Assembly (NCBI GenBank): GCA_963664815.2
Contig: CAXXHB010000002.1
Coordinates: 224,001-288,000, forward strand
Length of the DNA: 64,000 nucleotides
Direction: 5' to 3'
DNA from: Spirochaetota bacterium
Lineage (GTDB): Bacteria; Spirochaetota; UBA4802; UBA5550
Shown here: piece after piece, positions 19,880 through 28,666 of the stretch
How positions within the stretch are numbered: the stretch's first letter is position 1
Layout: every line of letters begins with the position of its first letter
The notes under the pieces: model-generated
The model's input: the letters and a program-made list of their open reading frames with translations, nothing else
Database searches by the model: none
Told to the model about the DNA's origin: nothing
Made by a program: the position numbers and the translations under genes

Positions 19880-21934
19880 ATGACAGAAGAAAAAATATCA
19901 CGCCTTAATTTTAATATTGATGCTGAGTCAAAAAATTCCTCAGCCCGGGCATGCACATTCACTACTCTGCACAATACTGTCCAAACACCTGTATTTATGC
20001 CTGTGGCGACACTGGCGGTTCTCCGTTCTCAGGACACTTCATCAGTTGAAGATCTGGGTTATCCGGTATTACTTGCCAACACTTATCATCTTCTTCTACG
20101 CCCTGGAACAGATGTTTTCAGTAAAATCGGCGGTATACATAAATTCATGAACTGGAAAAGATCCATTCTCACCGATTCCGGCGGATTTCAGGTTTTTTCA
20201 CTATCAAAGGATGTGAAAATCACAGAAGACGGTGCTGTATTTAAAAGCTACCATGACGGCCGAAAAATTCTTTTAAGCCCCGAATCAAGTATCAATACAC
20301 AAAAATTAATCAACAGTGATATTATGATGGCTATGGATCTATGCATACCTTCCACATCTGAAGAGTCCCTGTGTATGAAAGCCGTGGATATAACAGCAAG
20401 ATGGGCGGAGAGAAGCATAACGGTGCGGGGAGATTCTCTTCAATCAGTTTTCGGGATAGTACAGGGTGCATGCTTTTCTGAACTCCGCAAAAAAAGTGCA
20501 GGGCAGATAACATCTCTCCCATTTGACGGATTCGCTATCGGTGGTCTTGCCGTTGGAGAATCCGGTGATGAAAGAAAGGATATTACTGAATTCACCGCAT
20601 CACTTCTCCCCCGCAGCTTTCCGCGTTACCTTATGGGAGTTGGTACTCCTGTCGATATTCTCGAGGCTGTACACCGAGGTGTCGATATGTTTGACTGTAT
20701 ACTCCCCACTGCAATGGCACAGCAGGGAGTTGCCTACACTTCTCATGGAAGAATGGAACTGCGCCGAGGAGTCTATAAGTTTCAGGATCGGCCCCTTGAT
20801 GAAAACTGTTCCTGTCCGGCTTGTGCCAGGTACAGCCGGGCATATCTGCACCATCTTACAAAAACAGGGGAGTACTATGGCGGAAACCTCATAGGGATTC
20901 ACAATCTGACATTCTATCGCAATTTGATGATATCCATGCGCAGAGAGATAATCAATGGAACATTTGCATCTTTTTATTATGAATATAAAGAAAAACTGGC
21001 TATTGACGATGATGAATATCCTGTCTCTCCTCCGAAGACAAAGAAAAAAACTTTTCTTCCAAAACTCGGTGATTATGAAATTATAAAACATAGTACCGGT
21101 TTTCACAGCATACGCCATATAAAATCCGGGGAGGTAATGCATTCCGTTACAGATCCACTGACTGAAGCATATAACCTTTACATAAGCCAGTCAGATATAC
21201 ATCGCATGTTTAAAATTGTCCCTGATGAAAATATCGTTATCTGGGATGTGGGACTCGGCGCAGGAACAAATGCCATGGCGGCAATTTTTGAATTCGAAAA
21301 AATATACGCCGTCAATAATAACGAAAAAGGAGTCCGGATAATCAGCTTTGAAAAAAACCTTGATTCAATGCGCCTTGCTGCTAAAAATCCTGCACTTTTT
21401 CCGCACGTACGCCACTCCGCTCCGTCTGCACTGCTGAAAAACGGAATATGGAAATCGGATTTGTATAATATCGAATGGAATCTGGTTGAAGGAGATTTCC
21501 TCAATAATATCGAAATTACTCAAAGACCTCATTTAATTTTTTATGATCCTTTTTCTATAAACACTGATGGTCCTCTCTGGGATTATTCAGTATTCAGACG
21601 CATCTTTAATCGCTGTGCGGGGAACCCGGCAAAGCTGTTTACTTATTCAAGTTCCACTAAGGTCAGGAGTGCACTCCTGGCTGCAGGTTTCTATACAGGG
21701 ACAGGTGCGGGCACAGGACCGAAAACAGATACAACAGCGGCTTTTACTTCTCCCGACATAATAAATCCGGAAATACTACTCCTGGGTGATGACTGGCTTG
21801 AACGCTTTAGCCGCAGCAGTTCAAGATTCACCAGTGATATCTCTGATGACAGAAAGTCTGAAATCGAAAAACTGATAATAAACCATCCTCAGTTTAAAAA
21901 ATATTCAGTTAAGGATATTCATGGAAAAGAATGA
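19880..21934 (+). CDS. tgt: tRNA-guanine(34) transglycosylase fused to an MnmC-like SAM methyltransferase domain
   Basis: Tgt motifs TPVFMPV, NTYHL, TDSGGFQVFSL, GIVQG, GGLAVGE, YLMGVG, DMFDC and CxCxxC..H zinc site. C-terminal about 290 aa with GEVMHS, DVGLGAGTN, SFE, YDPFS, TYS..VRSAL.AAGF and GPK. Confidence 0.9.
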   Translation: MTEEKISRLNFNIDAESKNSSARACTFTTLHNTVQTPVFMPVATLAVLRSQDTSSVEDLGYPVLLANTYHLLLRPGTDVFSKIGGIHKFMNWKRSILTDSGGFQVFSLSKDVKITEDGAVFKSYHDGRKILLSPESSINTQKLINSDIMMAMDLCIPSTSEESLCMKAVDITARWAERSITVRGDSLQSVFGIVQGACFSELRKKSAGQITSLPFDGFAIGGLAVGESGDERKDITEFTASLLPRSFPRYLMGVGTPVDILEAVHRGVDMFDCILPTAMAQQGVAYTSHGRMELRRGVYKFQDRPLDENCSCPACARYSRAYLHHLTKTGEYYGGNLIGIHNLTFYRNLMISMRREIINGTFASFYYEYKEKLAIDDDEYPVSPPKTKKKTFLPKLGDYEIIKHSTGFHSIRHIKSGEVMHSVTDPLTEAYNLYISQSDIHRMFKIVPDENIVIWDVGLGAGTNAMAAIFEFEKIYAVNNNEKGVRIISFEKNLDSMRLAAKNPALFPHVRHSAPSALLKNGIWKSDLYNIEWNLVEGDFLNNIEITQRPHLIFYDPFSINTDGPLWDYSVFRRIFNRCAGNPAKLFTYSSSTKVRSALLAAGFYTGTGAGTGPKTDTTAAFTSPDIINPEILLLGDDWLERFSRSSSRFTSDISDDRKSEIEKLIINHPQFKKYSVKDIHGKE

Positions 21935-22175
21935 AACATCAATGATGGACCCGACCGTCCTTATTGATCTTACAACAACTGAAATGCCTTTCGGCAAATA
22001 CAGGGGAGTAATACTCTGCAATCTCCCGGAACATTATATTGTATGGTATCATGAAAACGGATTCCCGAAAGGGAGGCTTGGTATGCTTCTTTCCACCTTA
22101 TATGAAATAAAACTTTATGGTCTGGAATATCTTTTAAATCCATTAAAAAAAACTAATTCCTATTATAATGATTAA
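21921..22175 (+). CDS. DUF3820-family small protein
   Basis: MPFGKYRG..L.NLPE.Y..W and GFPKG.LG.LL..LYEIK..GLE.LL signature. Overlaps the tgt fusion by 14 nt. Confidence 0.8.
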   Translation: MEKNETSMMDPTVLIDLTTTEMPFGKYRGVILCNLPEHYIVWYHENGFPKGRLGMLLSTLYEIKLYGLEYLLNPLKKTNSYYND

Positions 22176-22319
22176 TGAAAAAATAAATATATTTTTTTTA
22201 ATTTCTGTAAATATCAATTAATTTATATTTCCACTTCTGTTTTGATTGAAGAATAATATTGTTATAAATCTTTTGTGTTTTATCATCCTTTATAAATAAC
22301 ATTTAAATATTGACTTTTA

Positions 22320-22348
22320 TTGACTCTCTCCTGATTTAGTATTATAAT
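22320..22348 (+). promoter_or_regulatory. sigma70 promoter of the two-component operon
   Basis: TTGACT-N17-TATAAT, near consensus, ending 11 nt before the ATG at 22360. Confidence 0.7.
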
Positions 22349-22359
22349 CGGTTAATATT

Positions 22360-24168
22360 ATGAATTCTGATTATTTATTCCGTGATGATTTATTTAATGT
22401 GCAATCGGGGCTGGCAACAGTTATTCTCGACGAAGATCTCTCTGTAATAAAATGCAATAATGAGTTTCTGAAAATAACAGGTCTCTCTGCCGGAAATGTC
22501 ATACAGAAACACTGGCACGATCTGATAATATATGATTATCCCTACTCTCCGCTTGAAAACGCAGTAGTTTTCAGCAATTTAAATGCAGTCCCTTCCGGAA
22601 AATTCTGGTGTTCAATCAAAGATAAAAATCCCAGGAAACTAATCTCAGCCACGATATCCTATAACCCGGTTCAAGGCTGTTACTACGCAACTTTTTATGA
22701 TATTTCAGAACAGATGGTTCCTGAAAGGATGCTGCAGGATGGCGGTCTTATAATTAACTCAATAGTTGATAACCTGAAAGATGCGGTCACATTTCATGAT
22801 AAATATGGAATCATAAAATTAGCATCAACTGAAGTCTGTAAAATGGCCGGGGTTGAAAAAAAAGATATTCTGGGGAAAAATATCCGTGAATTTTTTGACA
22901 GTGCTCTTGTAGATAAGTGGCTATACTGGATGAACAACAAACCGGATATGCTTCCGGCTTATCTTGAATTCGACAGTTTATTAAACAATGATAAAATATT
23001 TCATGTAATAGCATCCCCGAAACTTTTTTTTGATTTAAACAAAAAGGTTGTCGGCTGCCTCTTTATTTTCTCGGATGTCACCGAATTAAAAATCAATGAG
23101 CAGAAGCTCCGAATCTCTGATGAAAAATACTCCAAGGCATTTCATGCAAGTCCCGCCCCCAGCTCTATAACAACACTCGAGGAAGGTAGTTATGTCGATG
23201 TTAATGAAAGCTATACCAAGCTTGTAGGCTATACAAAAGAGGAACTTTTAGGAAGTACAACCTTAGACATCAAATTTTTTACCGATATGGAGGAAAGGGC
23301 AAGGTTCATAAATGAACTTATTAAAACCGGTAAACTCCGCAATTATGTAACGCATATGTATTCAAAAGTCAAAGGAATAAGAACAGTATCAATCGCTGCT
23401 GAAATTATTGAACTGCAGTCGAAAAAATGTATTATATGGGTCGGATACGACGTTACAGATCAGATTCAGCTTGAAAAAGAGGTACTCACAGCAGCAGGCC
23501 GCGAAAGATATAAAATAGGTCAGTATCTTCATGATGATCTTGGTCAGCATCTCGTTGGAATTGAGGCGATGTGCTCTCTCCTTTTAAAAAGACTGAAAAA
23601 TCAGAATAATTCCGAGGTTAAAATTGCCGAAGAAATACATGAATATCTGAAAGAGGCGCATGAAAAAGCCAGAGTCACCGCAAGAAATTTATGCCCGGTG
23701 AGACTCGAGGAGAATGGACTCAGCATTGCCATTACCGATCTTATTGCAAAAACTGAAAAAATATTCGGAATAACCTGCACCTTTTATAATTACAATCTGC
23801 ATATAAGAATTTACAACAGCCAGGTTGCGATCAATATGTACTATATAGTTCAGGAAGCTATGAATAATGCTGTTAAACATGGAAAAACAAAAAATATTAT
23901 TATATCTTATTCATCAAATAAGGATAATATATATTTATCTATAGAAGATGATGGTGAAGGTTTTGATCTGTCTCAGATCACCTCTCCGGGTATCGGTCTT
24001 GAACTGATGAAATACCGGGCCCGTGCCATCGGAGGTTCTCTTGAAATAACTACCTCACCGGGATCAGGAACAAAAGTTCTGCTGAAATTCCCGAGAATCA
24101 ATAATAATAAAAACGAATGGGACTGGAAGGAAAAAACATATGAAGAAATCACGAATATTTATAGTTGA
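22360..24168 (+). CDS. Cytoplasmic multi-PAS sensor histidine kinase (HisKA_3)
   Basis: Three PAS-like repeats, ERYKIGQYLHDDLGQHL, QEAMNNAVKHG, DDGEGF and GIGL..M.YRA..IGG. No TM segments. Confidence 0.92.
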   Translation: MNSDYLFRDDLFNVQSGLATVILDEDLSVIKCNNEFLKITGLSAGNVIQKHWHDLIIYDYPYSPLENAVVFSNLNAVPSGKFWCSIKDKNPRKLISATISYNPVQGCYYATFYDISEQMVPERMLQDGGLIINSIVDNLKDAVTFHDKYGIIKLASTEVCKMAGVEKKDILGKNIREFFDSALVDKWLYWMNNKPDMLPAYLEFDSLLNNDKIFHVIASPKLFFDLNKKVVGCLFIFSDVTELKINEQKLRISDEKYSKAFHASPAPSSITTLEEGSYVDVNESYTKLVGYTKEELLGSTTLDIKFFTDMEERARFINELIKTGKLRNYVTHMYSKVKGIRTVSIAAEIIELQSKKCIIWVGYDVTDQIQLEKEVLTAAGRERYKIGQYLHDDLGQHLVGIEAMCSLLLKRLKNQNNSEVKIAEEIHEYLKEAHEKARVTARNLCPVRLEENGLSIAITDLIAKTEKIFGITCTFYNYNLHIRIYNSQVAINMYYIVQEAMNNAVKHGKTKNIIISYSSNKDNIYLSIEDDGEGFDLSQITSPGIGLELMKYRARAIGGSLEITTSPGSGTKVLLKFPRINNNKNEWDWKEKTYEEITNIYS

Positions 24169-24808
24169 TGACCATCCTATTTTCAGAAAAGGTCTTATAC
24201 AGCTTATAAACGAAGAAACAGATATGGAGGTTTGCGGCGAAGCGGAAGATGTCTTCTCGGCAACTCACAAAGTACGGCAATTAAAGCCAGATCTCGTAAT
24301 TGTAGATATTACACTAAAGGATACCAGCGGTCTGGAACTTATAAAATTTATTCAGGATAATAATCTGAATATTCCTTCACTTGTTCTTTCAATGCATGAC
24401 GAAAAAGTATATGCTGAAAGAGCCCTGGTATCAGGAGCCAAAGGTTATATAATGAAACAGGAGATGTCAGGACAGGTCACCACTGCCGTCAGGCAGATCC
24501 TTTCCGGGAAAATATATATAAGTGAAAATATGAATGACCGTCTCCTTAATACTTTCTTATCTAAAGGGGGAGAGGCAGGTAAAAAAACTTATGACGATGA
24601 TCCGGCATCCATTCTTACAGGACGGGAACTTGAGATTTTCAGACTTATCGGCAAAGGTTATACCAGAAAAGATATCTCTGAATCTTTAAATCTGAATGTA
24701 AATACAATAGGAACATACAGAGAGAGAATAAAAGAGAAGATGAGTATAACATCATCAAATGAACTTCTCTCCTGTGCAATTAAATGGGTACAAAAGACAG
24801 AAGAATAA
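24140..24808 (+). CDS. NarL/LuxR-family response regulator
   Basis: VDDHP, VDITL, LSMH, GYIMK and LTGRELEIF LuxR-type HTH. Overlaps the kinase gene. Confidence 0.95.
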   Translation: MKKSRIFIVDDHPIFRKGLIQLINEETDMEVCGEAEDVFSATHKVRQLKPDLVIVDITLKDTSGLELIKFIQDNNLNIPSLVLSMHDEKVYAERALVSGAKGYIMKQEMSGQVTTAVRQILSGKIYISENMNDRLLNTFLSKGGEAGKKTYDDDPASILTGRELEIFRLIGKGYTRKDISESLNLNVNTIGTYRERIKEKMSITSSNELLSCAIKWVQKTEE

Positions 24809-24891
24809 GGGTTCCGGCAGCATTTACCTGCTGATATTTATCTTCTGTTTAAATTTAAAGTTTATTTTTAAATTCCGGCTAAACCCCCTCA

Positions 24892-24947
24892 CCACAAAAA
24901 AATAATTAATACGACCACAAGTCAGTGTCCATGACGGCTATTGCATT
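24892..24947 (+). promoter_or_regulatory. Shared regulatory box and -35 element upstream of thiolase (copy 1)
   Basis: CCACAAAAAAATAATTAATACGACCACAA is identical to 27652-27680 and is followed at the same spacing by CTATTGCATT. Confidence 0.75.
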
Positions 24948-25070
24948 AATTTCTGCGATCAGTTATCTCATTATTATGATTTTTAAATTATTAAAAGACC
25001 ATTTGTCAATATTCATCTGTTTCGAAGACAAATGATAAAAGTTTTGAATAATTAATAATGGAGGCTGTTT

Positions 25071-26273
25071 ATGAACGAAGTTGTGGTAGTTGGTGCATGC
25101 AGAACACCAATAGGAAAATTTTTAGGAAGTCTGAAAGATGTAACAGCGAAGGATCTTGCTGTAACTGCGGGAAAGGAAGCGATTAAACGTGCAGGAATAG
25201 ATTCCCAAAGCATTGATGAGATCGTAATGGGACAGGTATATCAGCATATGCAGAATTCTCTACCTGCGAGAATTGTCGGTCTTGCCTGCGGCCTCCCTTT
25301 CAGAAGCTCAGCAATGGTTGTAAATCAGAACTGCTCTTCAGGAATGAGAGCGATGGAGATTGCGGCCAGTAATATTATGCTGGGCAAAACTGAGATTGCT
25401 CTGGTTGTCGGAGTCGAAAGCATGTCTGGTGTTCCTCATATGCTTCCCGGCTCAAGAAGCGGTTTCAGAATGGGGAGTGCAGAGATTGTTGATGCACTTA
25501 CACACGATGCTCTTTTTGATTCACTGGTTCCTGGTCACATGGGTCTCACTGCTGAAAACGTAGCTGTAAAATATGGCATAACGCGTGAAGAGTGCGACAA
25601 ACTTGCCCTTCTCAGCCATCAGAGAGTTGCGAAAGCTGTAGAGTCAGGGGCATTTGAAGAGGAGATCGTCCCTGTTGAAATTAAAACAAAAAAAGGAACC
25701 ACAGTGTTTGCCAAGGATGAGCATTTCATACCTGACGCAAGTGTTGAGTCTATGTCAAAACTTAAACCCGCATTCAAACCTGACGGCGGAGTTGTTACTG
25801 CTGCCAATGCATCAGGTATCAATGACGGAGCTGCTGCTCTTATACTAATGTCAAAAAAGAAAGCAGAAGAGCTTAAACTTAAACCTCTCGGAAAGCTTCT
25901 TAATGTATGCTCATATGGTGTTGAACCGGAAATCATGGGGATAGGACCTGCTGAAGCAATCCCAAAATGCCTGGAAGGAACCGGTATTAAATTTGATGAT
26001 GTTGAATACTGGGAGATAAATGAAGCATTTGCTCCTCAATTTATCGGCTGTCAGAGAAAACTTAAAATTGATCATAATCTTAATCTCGACCTGGATAAAG
26101 TAAATCATTACGGGTCAGGAATTGCCCTTGGACATCCAATCGGCTGTACCGGAGCAAGGATTATTGTTACTTTGCTTTATGAGATGAAGAGGAAAGGTTA
26201 TAAATTCGGAGGGGCATCTCTCTGTGTCGGTACAGGACCCGCGATGGCGTCTCTCTGGACCACTAAAATATAA
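25071..26273 (+). CDS. thl: Acetyl-CoA C-acetyltransferase (thiolase)
   Basis: RTPIG, NQNCSSG (catalytic Cys), NASGINDGAAA, INEAFA, GHPIG and SLCVG. Confidence 0.95.
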   Translation: MNEVVVVGACRTPIGKFLGSLKDVTAKDLAVTAGKEAIKRAGIDSQSIDEIVMGQVYQHMQNSLPARIVGLACGLPFRSSAMVVNQNCSSGMRAMEIAASNIMLGKTEIALVVGVESMSGVPHMLPGSRSGFRMGSAEIVDALTHDALFDSLVPGHMGLTAENVAVKYGITREECDKLALLSHQRVAKAVESGAFEEEIVPVEIKTKKGTTVFAKDEHFIPDASVESMSKLKPAFKPDGGVVTAANASGINDGAAALILMSKKKAEELKLKPLGKLLNVCSYGVEPEIMGIGPAEAIPKCLEGTGIKFDDVEYWEINEAFAPQFIGCQRKLKIDHNLNLDLDKVNHYGSGIALGHPIGCTGARIIVTLLYEMKRKGYKFGGASLCVGTGPAMASLWTTKI

Positions 26274-26301
26274 TAAAAACTTAAGTTTAAAGGAGACAAA
26301 G

Positions 26302-27498
26302 ATGAATACAGTAGTAAACAATAAGACAGACAATTCAATAAGTTTCAAACTCACAGAAGAGCAGGAAATGATCAGGGAGATGACAGCAGAGTTCGCTGAT
26401 AAAGAGATCAAACCCTTTTGCGGACAATGGGATAAAGACGATCATGTCCCTTTGGATGTTCTTAAAAAAATGCATGAGTTGGGATTAACTAATATCGGTG
26501 TTCCGGCAGAATTCGGCGGACAGGGACTTGACAATCTCACAAGATATACAGTTATTGACGAGCTTGGTCAGAGAGATGCAGGGATAGGAACAACTATAGT
26601 TGCTTCTTCACTCCTTGCAACTGATCCTATTATGGTCGGTGCCAACGATGAGCAGAAAAAATGGTGGTTTGGCCGAATGCTCGATGGAGCGATGTGTGCT
26701 TTCTGCCTTACAGAACCCGGTGCAGGTTCAGATGCTCTCGGTATGAGCATGAAATGTAAAAAAGATGGAAACGATTGGATACTCAACGGAACAAAACAGT
26801 TTATCACAAACGGTGGATTTGCCAAGCAGTTCTCAGTATTTGCAACAACTGACAAAGCTCTGGGAAACAAAGGTATATGTTGTTTCATGGTAGATCGCGA
26901 CTTCCCCGGAGTAAAAATCGGGAATAAAGAGGATAAACTCGGAATAAGAAGTACAAGCACTACAGAAGTTATATTTGAAGATGTAAAGGTTCCCGGGTGG
27001 ATGTGCATAGCCGGCGAAGGACAGGGAACAGCCGTTCTTATGGAAACTCTTGACTATTCAAGAACAGCTATAGCTGCGCTTGCTACAGGAATTTCCACCG
27101 GTGCACTTAATGCAGCTCTTGCATATGCCAATGAAAGAAAACAGTTCGGTAAACCGATATCATCATTTCAGGCTATCTCATTTATGCTGGCCGATATGGC
27201 CACAACAACAGAAGCTTCCAGGCTTTTGTACCAGAAAGCCGCATGGTGCCAGGATAACGGGCTGCCATTTAAAATGCTTTCAAACATGGCAAAAATGTAT
27301 GCAGCAGATATGGCAATGAAAAATACAGTAGACGCTGTACAGATTTTCGGCGGTTACGGATATATTAAAGAATACCCTGCAGAAAAATTCATGAGAGACG
27401 CAAAAATCATGCAGATATTTGAGGGAACTGTACAGGTTCAGAGAATGGTTATAGGAAAATATCTTACCAAAGATGGTAAATATACATACACTGTCTGA
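26302..27498 (+). CDS. bcd: Short-chain (butyryl-CoA-type) acyl-CoA dehydrogenase
   Basis: FCLTEPGAGSD, LNGTKQFITNG, KLGIRS, ERKQFGKPI, QIFGGYGY and RDAKIMQIFEGT (catalytic Glu). AAGGAG RBS before the ATG at 26302. Confidence 0.85.
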   Translation: MNTVVNNKTDNSISFKLTEEQEMIREMTAEFADKEIKPFCGQWDKDDHVPLDVLKKMHELGLTNIGVPAEFGGQGLDNLTRYTVIDELGQRDAGIGTTIVASSLLATDPIMVGANDEQKKWWFGRMLDGAMCAFCLTEPGAGSDALGMSMKCKKDGNDWILNGTKQFITNGGFAKQFSVFATTDKALGNKGICCFMVDRDFPGVKIGNKEDKLGIRSTSTTEVIFEDVKVPGWMCIAGEGQGTAVLMETLDYSRTAIAALATGISTGALNAALAYANERKQFGKPISSFQAISFMLADMATTTEASRLLYQKAAWCQDNGLPFKMLSNMAKMYAADMAMKNTVDAVQIFGGYGYIKEYPAEKFMRDAKIMQIFEGTVQVQRMVIGKYLTKDGKYTYTV

Positions 27499-27522
27499 CA
27501 ATTTTTTAAAACATACATGTTG

Positions 27523-27554
27523 TAAGGAAGCCGCTGATATAAGCGGCTTCCTTA
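27523..27554 (+). terminator. Terminator-like hairpin after bcd
   Basis: TAAGGAAGCCGCT-GATATA-AGCGGCTTCCTTA. Confidence 0.7.
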
Positions 27555-27651
27555 TTGCTAATTCAACTGCTTTTTCCGAAGTAATTATTAAAAATCCTGC
27601 CATTAAAAACCATATTTAGTAAAAATATGAGTTAACCATTTAACTGCACTG

Positions 27652-27707
27652 CCACAAAAAAATAATTAATACGACCACAAATCATTAGATACGATGACTA
27701 TTGCATT
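27652..27707 (+). promoter_or_regulatory. Shared regulatory box and -35 element upstream of crt (copy 2)
   Basis: 29-bp identity to 24892-24920, then TTGCAT-N17-TATTTA. Confidence 0.75.
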
Positions 27708-27771
27708 TGTTCATTAAACCGGTTATTTAACATATAGTAACAAAATCTTAATATTATTAAGGATTAAAAAT

Positions 27772-28563
27772 ATGAAAACACAAACTGAATTTGAAAACCT
27801 CAAATACCGGAAAGAATCTCATCTGGGAATTCTCACTCTTTCCAGGCCTAAATTTCTTAATGCCTTAAACTCCGCACTGCTCGTTGAACTTGGTCAGGCA
27901 ATCGATATGATTTCGGATGATTCTGAAATTCACGTTCTTATCATTACCGGTGATGGTAAATCCTTTGTGGCCGGGGCAGATATAAATGAAATGAAAAACT
28001 ATAACAGCGAACAGGGGCGCGCATGGGGAGAGCTTGGATCATCTGTTTTTAAAAAAATTGATGAAATGAAAATTCCTACCATTGCAGCTGTTAACGGATT
28101 CGCTCTCGGCGGCGGGTGTGAACTTGCTTTGGCATGTGATATACGAATCGCCAGTGAAAATGCTAAATTCGGGCAGCCTGAAGTAGGTCTTGGAATTACT
28201 CCGGGATATTCAGGATGCGTACGTCTCCCCAGAATCATTGGTCTGGCAAAAGCTAAAGAGCTTATTTATACCGGCGGCACTATCTCTGCCTCTGAAGCCG
28301 AAAAACTCGGTCTTGTTAATATGGTAGTTCCTTTTGAAGAATTATTAAATGCTGCGACAAATATGGCAGAAAAAATTGCATCCAAAGCACAGATTGCTGT
28401 AAGATATTCAAAAATGGCCATTAACAGGGGAATTGAAACAGATATCAATACAGCTATAACATTTGAAAATCAGATCTTTGCTTTATGCTTTTCAACAGAA
28501 GATCAGAAAGAGGGTATGAATGCATTTATTGAAAAGAGAACACCCGGATTTAAGCTGAAATAA
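27772..28563 (+). CDS. crt: Short-chain enoyl-CoA hydratase (crotonase)
   Basis: RPK.LNALN, FVAGADI, GFALGGGCELALACD and FGQPEVGLG. Both catalytic Glu residues are present. Confidence 0.93.
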   Translation: MKTQTEFENLKYRKESHLGILTLSRPKFLNALNSALLVELGQAIDMISDDSEIHVLIITGDGKSFVAGADINEMKNYNSEQGRAWGELGSSVFKKIDEMKIPTIAAVNGFALGGGCELALACDIRIASENAKFGQPEVGLGITPGYSGCVRLPRIIGLAKAKELIYTGGTISASEAEKLGLVNMVVPFEELLNAATNMAEKIASKAQIAVRYSKMAINRGIETDINTAITFENQIFALCFSTEDQKEGMNAFIEKRTPGFKLK

Positions 28564-28666
28564 TATCAGTTCATGCATCTCATAAGTGAGAAGCAATGGT
28601 ATCAGGAAATTAAACGACCAAGTTAAAACACAAAAATATCATTGAGGAAGAAAAAGGAGAAAAAAA

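Noticed and set aside
26224-26301. N-terminal extension of bcd overlapping thiolase
   Set aside because: A strong AAGGAG RBS supports the start at 26302.
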